Source of the DNA: an uncultured Rikenella sp.
Lineage (GTDB): Bacteria; Bacteroidota; Bacteroidia; Bacteroidales; Rikenellaceae
NCBI RefSeq assembly: GCF_910577125.1
Contig: NZ_CAJTMN010000002.1
Span: 7,227 to 71,226 of the forward strand
Direction of reading: 5' to 3'
Length of the DNA stretch: 64,000 nt
Part shown: positions 57,703-64,000 of the stretch, in pieces
Position numbering within the stretch: position 1 is the first letter of the stretch
Layout of the letters: the number at the start of each line of letters is the position of its first letter
The notes under the pieces: model-generated
Databases searched by the model: none
Seen by the model: the letters and a program-made list of their open reading frames with translations, nothing else
What the model was told of the DNA's origin: nothing
Translations under genes and position numbers: made by a program

Positions 57703-58398
57703 ATGAAACATCTTCTGTTCTCCGACCACCAGAAAATGGCCGAACTGATCCACGCCAACTACCGGCTCCTGTTCGTGCTGCCGCGGTTCGGCATCCGGCT
57801 CGGCTTCGGCGAAAAGAGCATCGGCGACATCTGCCGCACGCACGACATCTCGGCAAGCCTCTTTCTGCTGGTGTGCAACATCTACACTTTCGACGACTTC
57901 CTGCCCTCGCCCGACCAGATCGGTTCGTTCACGGCCGAAGAGCTGACCCGCTACCTGCACCAGTCGCACACCGATTACATCGACCACCAGATACCCGAAA
58001 TCCGGCAGCAGGTGCTCACCCTCGCCGCCGACTGCGAACCCCGGAACGGACGGATTCTGGAACGCTTCTTCGACGACTACAGCCGGGAGGTCACCAGCCA
58101 CTTCGATTACGAAGAGACCGTCGTCTTCCCCTATATCCACAACCTCTCCGAAGGCCGCCCGTCGGACGAAGGCTACTCGATCGGCCAGTTCGAAGAGAAC
58201 CACAGCAACATCGAAGAGAAGCTCGGCGACCTGAAAAACATCCTGATCAAATACCTGCCCGACAGCCTGCCCGAAGCGTCACGCAACCGGCTGCTGCTCG
58301 ACCTCTTCCTGCTGGAGGACGACCTGAACAAGCACTCCCTGATCGAGGACCGCATTCTGGTGCCTCTGGTCGAACAATTGGAGAAAAACGTGCGATGA
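57703..58398 (+). CDS. hemerythrin-like metal-binding domain protein
   Basis: 231-aa ORF. HxxxE-type motifs (HFDYEE, ENHSNIEEKL). Confidence 0.6.
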   Translation: MKHLLFSDHQKMAELIHANYRLLFVLPRFGIRLGFGEKSIGDICRTHDISASLFLLVCNIYTFDDFLPSPDQIGSFTAEELTRYLHQSHTDYIDHQIPEIRQQVLTLAADCEPRNGRILERFFDDYSREVTSHFDYEETVVFPYIHNLSEGRPSDEGYSIGQFEENHSNIEEKLGDLKNILIKYLPDSLPEASRNRLLLDLFLLEDDLNKHSLIEDRILVPLVEQLEKNVR

Positions 58399-59015
58399 AC
58401 GACCGGATGAACAAAAAGATCCGGCTCGCGATCATCGAGCCTTCGGCCGTGATCGCCGCCGGTTTGCAGACCCTGCTGACCGAAACGAGTAGCGAATTCG
58501 AGCTCTGTGCCCTCTTCGACGAACCCGGCCCGCTACTCGAACGGGCCCCGATCCTGCGGCCCGATCTGATATTGATCGACCCCGTCGTGATCGACTTCCG
58601 GAGACGTGCGGCCCTCCACCCCCTCTTCGAACACCTGCCGGAAGCGGCCTGGGTAGCCGTCGTCTACGGCTTCATCGAACCAGAAGCACTGAAACAGTAC
58701 CACGGCGCCATCCACATCTACGACGACCGCTCCAAAATCGTCCGCAAACTGCGCCGGGCCGTCGAAGAGCGGGCCCGCGATACGGAAAGCCCATCGGGCG
58801 AAAACTACGAACTGACCGACCGCGAACGCGAAATCCTCGTCGCCGTCGCCAAAGGGATGACCAACAAAGAGATCGCCGACACGCACCACATCTCGGTGCA
58901 CACCGTCATCTCCCACCGCAAGAACATCAGCCGCAAGACCGGCATCAAGACCGTCTCCGGCCTTACGGTCTATGCCCTGCTGAACAACCTGTTGGATCAG
59001 TCCGAGATCGAATAG
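58395..59015 (+). CDS. LuxR-family response-regulator-like transcription factor
   Basis: Start MNDRMNKKIRLAIIE at 58395 (ATGA overlap). C-terminal LTDREREILVAVAKGMTNKEIADTHHISVHTVISHRKNI. Confidence 0.8.
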   Translation: MNDRMNKKIRLAIIEPSAVIAAGLQTLLTETSSEFELCALFDEPGPLLERAPILRPDLILIDPVVIDFRRRAALHPLFEHLPEAAWVAVVYGFIEPEALKQYHGAIHIYDDRSKIVRKLRRAVEERARDTESPSGENYELTDREREILVAVAKGMTNKEIADTHHISVHTVISHRKNISRKTGIKTVSGLTVYALLNNLLDQSEIE

Positions 59016-59270
59016 GCCCTTCCTCCCCCTCCTAAAAGTTGGGGATGCCTCCGCCGTTTTTTCCTCACATTTGGGGATTCCCTCCCCACCCGAATTCGCT
59101 GACCTTTGCCCATGAAAAAACGAGCAAAGATGTCAGCGAATTTATTTTGTAAGCCAACTGAATAAATGCCCGAGAGCCCCTGTCCCATCCGGAAGCCATG
59201 CCGGAAACGGACAGGAGCTCTTTTTCATCTCTGCCTTCCCCAACCGATTCACAACACAAAAAAACATACC

Positions 59271-59861
59271 ATGAAAAAACGTTCGCTCTTTTTCCCGGCC
59301 CTTCTGTGCGCCACACTGACCTTCACGGCCTGCAAAGACGACAAAGGAGTCGTCCCGCCGCCCGCCAGCGGCACATTCACCGTACGCGCTCCCGTTTTCG
59401 ACCGTTGGACCTACTTCTCGTTCGAACAAAACGACACCATCCGGACCGACGGCAGCTATACCGCCCTCGCCGACAGCCGTTCGTGGGATCTCGCTTTCCA
59501 CCGCGGCGACATCCGCACCAACGGTGGTGCCTCGGGCCCCGGCCGAGGAGGAGCATTCAAAACCGCAGCGACCGAGATGAGCGCCGTGACCGAAGATCCT
59601 GCCGAAGTCACCTACACGCCGGACGTAACCGCCGAAGTCACCTTCCCGACCATGCGGGACAAAACCACCCAGTCCCTCAACGAAGTGCTCGCCACGTGGT
59701 ACACCAGTTCAGGGATGCCGCCGACCTACGTCGTACACCCCAACGTCTACCTGATCCGCACGGCCGAAGGCAAATACGCCAAAGTGAAATTCCGGGATTA
59801 CACCAATGACCTGGGCGCCGGCGGCTATATCACCTTCACCTACGAATATCCTGTCGAATAA
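59271..59861 (+). CDS. HmuY-like heme-binding lipoprotein (tentative)
   Basis: Start MKKRSLFFPALLCATLTFTAC (lipobox) at 59271. Sits immediately upstream of a TonB-dependent receptor and a CobN-like gene, as in the hmuYRS locus. Confidence 0.5.
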   Translation: MKKRSLFFPALLCATLTFTACKDDKGVVPPPASGTFTVRAPVFDRWTYFSFEQNDTIRTDGSYTALADSRSWDLAFHRGDIRTNGGASGPGRGGAFKTAATEMSAVTEDPAEVTYTPDVTAEVTFPTMRDKTTQSLNEVLATWYTSSGMPPTYVVHPNVYLIRTAEGKYAKVKFRDYTNDLGAGGYITFTYEYPVE

Positions 59862-59870
59862 CCCCACACC

Positions 59871-61877
59871 ATGCGACACATCCTGCCGACGGTCGTCAGC
59901 CTGGTTCTGCTGGGCTGGCCCGCCCTCTCAGCCAAAGAGAAAACCCCTCCCGGAGAGACCGACGATCCGATCTGGAACCTCCAGTCAGACGATGTGGTCG
60001 TCACCGCCACCCGTACGCCGAAACTGCTGAAAGACGTTCCCGTCGTCACCCGCGTGATCCGCGCGGACGAGATCCGGAAAACCGACGCCACCACCGTCAA
60101 AGACCTGCTAGAACTGGTCCTGCCCGGCATCGAATTCACGAGCCACGGCGGAACCACCAACATCAACCTCTCCGGCATGGGCGCCAACTACGTGCTCTTT
60201 CTGATCGACGGCGAACGGATCGCCGGCGAAACGCGGGACAACATCGACTACGACCGACTCAACGTGGAAAACATCGAACGGATCGAAGTCGTCAAGGGAG
60301 CCGCCTCGGCCCTCTACGGCTCGAACGCCATCGGCGGTGTGGTGAACATCATCACCAAGAAAGCCACCCAGCCGTGGCAGCTGAACCTCAACGGCCGATA
60401 CGGAAGCCTCAACGAACAACGCTACGGCGGCTCACTGGGCTTCAACACCCGCCGGTTCAACAGTTTCACGACGGGAACCTACAAACACCGCAACAGTTAT
60501 TCGATGACCGACCGGAAATTCTCCTACATCGAATATCCCGACGGCACGCAGCAGCCCGACGGCGAGACACTGAGCACGACCTATATCTACGGCTACAGCG
60601 ACTGGGACATCGACCAGAAATTCATCATCCGGCCGGTCGACCCGCTGACCGTGACCCTGGCCGGCACCTACTACAACCACGAGCAGTACTCGAGCAGCAA
60701 AGTACACGATCTGTATCACGGTTATACCGGACGGCTGAACCTGAACTACGAGATCAACGAACGGCAGAACCTCGAAGCGAGCTACAAATTCGACGAATAC
60801 GACAAGTTCGACTACTACCTGCTGTTGAATGAACGGGACAAGAACTACGTCAATCTCCAGCACACCGGCCGGTTGCAATACAACAACACCTTCCGCAAAG
60901 CCGGGACACTGACCGCCGGTCTCGAGTTTTTCGGCGACAAACTGAACACCTACCAGTTCGACAGCGACGACCCGGAACACTCAACCGAGACCTACGTAGC
61001 CTTCGCCCAGCACGACGTGGACCTCATTCCGCGCCTCAACCTCGTCTACGGCGCCCGTCTCGACTACCACTCAACCTACGGCGCCCACGTCAGCCCGAAA
61101 GTCTCCCTGATGTACAAGCTCCGCCCCGTGACCTTCCGGGCCTCCTACGGCGAAGGGTTCAAATCGCCCACGCTGAAAGAACTCTACACCGACTGGAGCC
61201 ACCAGGGGATGTTCCAGCTGATCGGCAACCCCGACCTGATTCCCGAAAAGAGCCGGAACTTTTCCCTGTCGGCCGAATACACACAGAAGCGCGTCTCCGC
61301 CTCCGTCATCGGCTACTACAACCGCATCCGGGACAAAATCTCGACCGTTTGGAATGCCGCAGCCGACTCCTCGTTCTACACCAACATCGGCCGTTCCACC
61401 GTGTGGGGCATCGATGCCAACGTCTCGGTCAAACTCCCCTACGGATTCGGCATCACCGCATCGTACGCCTACATCCACGACTCCCAGCCGGTGGACGGGG
61501 TCAACACCTCGACCGCCCGGTCCCACTCGGCCACCCTCCGGTTCGAATACGGACTCAAACGCAAAAACTACGGCTTGGACGTGAACCTGACCGGCCGCAT
61601 CCTGAGCGCCGTGACCACGCACACCTTCGACGACGAGTACGTCAATCCGGACGGCACGATCGGAGCGGTCTACGAACAGCGCTACCCGGCTTACACGATG
61701 TGGAAGCTGGTCGTCACCCAGCGATTCCGCAACGCCGTGAGCGTCAACCTCGGAGCCGACAACCTGTTCGACTACCGCCCCGAAGTGCACAGTTTCAACA
61801 CCTCCGTCTCGCCCGGGATCACCCTTTTCGCCGGTGTATCCCTCGACGTCGAACAACTCTTCCGGAAAAGGAAATAG
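59871..61877 (+). CDS. TonB-dependent outer-membrane receptor (HmuR-like)
   Basis: 668-aa ORF. Plug-domain motifs (VVVTATR, IERIEVVKGAASALYGSNAIGGVVNIITK) and a C-terminal barrel. Confidence 0.85.
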   Translation: MRHILPTVVSLVLLGWPALSAKEKTPPGETDDPIWNLQSDDVVVTATRTPKLLKDVPVVTRVIRADEIRKTDATTVKDLLELVLPGIEFTSHGGTTNINLSGMGANYVLFLIDGERIAGETRDNIDYDRLNVENIERIEVVKGAASALYGSNAIGGVVNIITKKATQPWQLNLNGRYGSLNEQRYGGSLGFNTRRFNSFTTGTYKHRNSYSMTDRKFSYIEYPDGTQQPDGETLSTTYIYGYSDWDIDQKFIIRPVDPLTVTLAGTYYNHEQYSSSKVHDLYHGYTGRLNLNYEINERQNLEASYKFDEYDKFDYYLLLNERDKNYVNLQHTGRLQYNNTFRKAGTLTAGLEFFGDKLNTYQFDSDDPEHSTETYVAFAQHDVDLIPRLNLVYGARLDYHSTYGAHVSPKVSLMYKLRPVTFRASYGEGFKSPTLKELYTDWSHQGMFQLIGNPDLIPEKSRNFSLSAEYTQKRVSASVIGYYNRIRDKISTVWNAAADSSFYTNIGRSTVWGIDANVSVKLPYGFGITASYAYIHDSQPVDGVNTSTARSHSATLRFEYGLKRKNYGLDVNLTGRILSAVTTHTFDDEYVNPDGTIGAVYEQRYPAYTMWKLVVTQRFRNAVSVNLGADNLFDYRPEVHSFNTSVSPGITLFAGVSLDVEQLFRKRK

Positions 61878-61886
61878 GTACAAACC

Positions 61887-64000
61887 ATGAACAAAAGAAA
61901 TAAAAAGATACTGTTCGGTACAGGCATCGCGCTGGCCGTCGTGCTGGCGGCGGTATGGTTGTACGGCGCGATAGCCGGCCCGACCCGGGTGGCGCTGGTC
62001 AATTTTCCGCGCTACCAGACGGCCCGTATGGCCAAATCGTTGAATAACAGCTCGATCAAGCTCTCCCCGGTGGAACTGGAAGAGTTCGAGAGCTTGAAAA
62101 ACTACGATGCCGTGCTGATTTTCGGCATGGGTATTCGGATGACCGACGACCACCGGGCCCTGCTCGAAAAACTCAAGGCCAAAGGGATGCCGATCTACTC
62201 CACCTCGGTGACCGACCCCGTGAACAACATCACGAGCCTCGACTCGGCGCATCAGGCGACTTTCAAAGCCTACATCGGCAACGGCGGCCCGCGCAACTAC
62301 CGCAGCCTATTCAACTACATCCGCCGCGAGCTGGACGGCAAGAGCCTCTTCACCGGCCCCGTCGAACCGCCCGTGGAGATCAGCGGCGACGTCCTGTTCC
62401 ATCTGGACGACGAACAGACCTTCGCCACCGTCGGCGAATTCGAATCCTACTACAAACAGAACGGTTTTTATCAGGCCGACGGGCCGAAAGTCGCCCTGTT
62501 GGTCGGGATGGCCGGCCCGTTCGACACCAACAAAGAGCACCTCGACTCGCTGATTACGGTTCTCGAGCGGCGCGGCATGAACGTCTATCCGATTTCGAGC
62601 TTCGGCCGGCGGCTAGAGCTTCTGCAGGAGATCTCTCCCGAGGCGGTGATCTACATGCCCCACGGCCGTCTGGCCATGGGACAGGGCGAACGGGCCGTCG
62701 AATGGCTCAAGACGCAAAACATCCCGGTTTTCTGCCCGATCACCATCAACGACACCTACGACCGCTGGATGGAAGACCGGCAGGGAATGGTCGGCGGCTT
62801 TCTGAGCCAGAGCGTCGTGATGCCCGAGCTGGACGGCGGCATCGTCCCGATGGCCGTCAACGCCCAATTCATCGACGACGAGGGACTCTACCTTTTCAAA
62901 TCCATCCCCGGGCGGGCGGAACAGTTTGCCGGCACCGTGGCGAACTACCTGACGCTCCGGACAAAGGCCAACAAAGACAAAAAAGTGGCCGTCTACTACT
63001 TCAAAGGCCCCGGCAGCCACTCGCTGGTCGCCTCGGGATTGGAGGTGCTGCCCTCGCTGTACAACTTTCTGAAGAAACTGCAGAGTGAAGGGTACGACCT
63101 GAGCGGCCTGCCCGCTTCGGAAAAGGAATTCGAAAAACTGGTGATGGAGCGCGGCCCGGTCTTCAACAGCTATGCCGAGGGGAACATCGAGCGCTACCTG
63201 CACTCCGGCTACCCCGAACTGGTTCCGGCCGCCGACTACGACAACTGGCTGCGTCAGACCTTGCGGCCGGAGCAGTACGCCGAACTGACCGCTAAACACG
63301 GAGCGGCTCCGGGCGCCTTCTACACCACCGGCGACAGCATCGCCGTAACCCGGATCCGGTTCGGAAACATCGTCCTGCTGTCCCAGCCGACCCAAAGCAC
63401 CGGCGAGAACACCTTTGCCGCCGTTCACGGCGACAACCCGATCCCGCCGCACCACTACCTGGCCTCCTACCTTTGGACACGCTACGGCTTCGGCGCCGAC
63501 GCCATGCTCCACTTCGGCACACACGGTTCGCTGGAGTTCATCCCCGGCAAACAGGTCGCCCTCTCGACCGCCGACTGGAGCGACCGGCTGGTGGGCGATC
63601 TGCCTCACTTCTACCTCTATACGATCGGCGACGTGGGCGAAGGGATCATCGCCAAACGGCGCAGCTATGCGACCACCGTATCGCACCTGACCCCGCCGTT
63701 CATCGAGACCGAAATGCGCGGCGAAGTCGGCCAGCTGCTGGAACGCATCAAAAACTACCTCGCCAAAGAGGAGAGCGACCGTTCGGCGGACGACAACCTG
63801 CAAATCAAACGTCTGGCCCTGAAAATGGGTCTGCACCGCGACCTGAAACTGGACAGCGTGCAGACGCAGCCCTATACGGATGCCGAGATCGAACGGATCG
63901 AAAGTTTCGCCGAAGAGCTCTGCTCCGAAAAGATCACCGGCGGGATGTACACCCTCGGCGTGCCGTTCACCCCGGAAAAGATCCGCTCGTCGGTCGAACT
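61887..64000 (+). CDS. CobN/Mg-chelatase-like protein (HmuS-like), 3' end off window
   Basis: Absent from the ORF track because there is no stop in the window. My translation from ATG 61887 is MNKRNKKILFGTGIALAVVL...HFGTHGSLEFIPGKQ..., typical of CobN. Open to 64000. Confidence 0.8.
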   Translation, partial: MNKRNKKILFGTGIALAVVLAAVWLYGAIAGPTRVALVNFPRYQTARMAKSLNNSSIKLSPVELEEFESLKNYDAVLIFGMGIRMTDDHRALLEKLKAKGMPIYSTSVTDPVNNITSLDSAHQATFKAYIGNGGPRNYRSLFNYIRRELDGKSLFTGPVEPPVEISGDVLFHLDDEQTFATVGEFESYYKQNGFYQADGPKVALLVGMAGPFDTNKEHLDSLITVLERRGMNVYPISSFGRRLELLQEISPEAVIYMPHGRLAMGQGERAVEWLKTQNIPVFCPITINDTYDRWMEDRQGMVGGFLSQSVVMPELDGGIVPMAVNAQFIDDEGLYLFKSIPGRAEQFAGTVANYLTLRTKANKDKKVAVYYFKGPGSHSLVASGLEVLPSLYNFLKKLQSEGYDLSGLPASEKEFEKLVMERGPVFNSYAEGNIERYLHSGYPELVPAADYDNWLRQTLRPEQYAELTAKHGAAPGAFYTTGDSIAVTRIRFGNIVLLSQPTQSTGENTFAAVHGDNPIPPHHYLASYLWTRYGFGADAMLHFGTHGSLEFIPGKQVALSTADWSDRLVGDLPHFYLYTIGDVGEGIIAKRRSYATTVSHLTPPFIETEMRGEVGQLLERIKNYLAKEESDRSADDNLQIKRLALKMGLHRDLKLDSVQTQPYTDAEIERIESFAEELCSEKITGGMYTLGVPFTPEKIRSSVE

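Noticed and set aside
56109-58394. N-terminal ~760 aa of the 968-aa plus-strand ORF 56109-59015
   Set aside because: Only the last 206 aa (from 58395) form a sensible LuxR-type protein. The rest is antisense to cas6 and the EamA transporter or out of frame with the hemerythrin gene, and is R/P/H-rich.
62613-63836. 407-aa minus-strand ORF; similar antisense ORFs occur at 61071-62252, 12334-13713, 7062-8234, 8470-9933 and 5409-6341
   Set aside because: All lie antisense to strongly supported genes (CobN-like, TonB receptor, porin, heparinase, GH88, DUF2264) and have biased composition.

Overview
High-GC (about 55-60%) chromosomal segment that looks Bacteroidales (BACON domain, hmuY/TonB-receptor/CobN-like heme locus, GH88/heparinase genes, lipoprotein signals). 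All function calls come from motif recognition on the translations; no database search was run. Layout: (1) 1-1730, an AT-rich GmrSD-type (DUF262/DUF1524) restriction gene running off the left edge. (2) 1.9-13.7 kb, housekeeping and glycan-utilisation genes. (3) 13823-16994, a CRISPR array of 49 repeats and 48 spacers, followed on the minus strand by cas2-cas1-cas4-cas7-cas8 and the helicase part of cas3. (4) 23121-54659, a 31.5-kb Mu-like transposable prophage carrying repressor, MuA/MuB-like transposition genes, Dam methylase, head, tail and lysis genes, and an AT-rich DUF2971 cargo gene. (5) 54660-56606, the HD-nuclease part of cas3, then cas5 and cas6. (6) 56.6-64 kb, a transporter, hemerythrin and LuxR regulators, and a heme-uptake locus. 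Main result: the prophage sits inside the cas3 HD domain. It is flanked by a CGAC direct repeat, and removing it restores the reading frame. In addition, the 7th spacer from the leader matches a prophage gene at 30 of 34 nt, with two mismatches in the seed. This fits a picture of CRISPR immunity against this phage lineage being evaded and then physically inactivated by the phage. Secondary observations cover a portal-MuF fusion with a nuclease-like tail, an inverted packaging module, a tRNA-like minihelix, array rearrangements and a non-canonical type I gene order.
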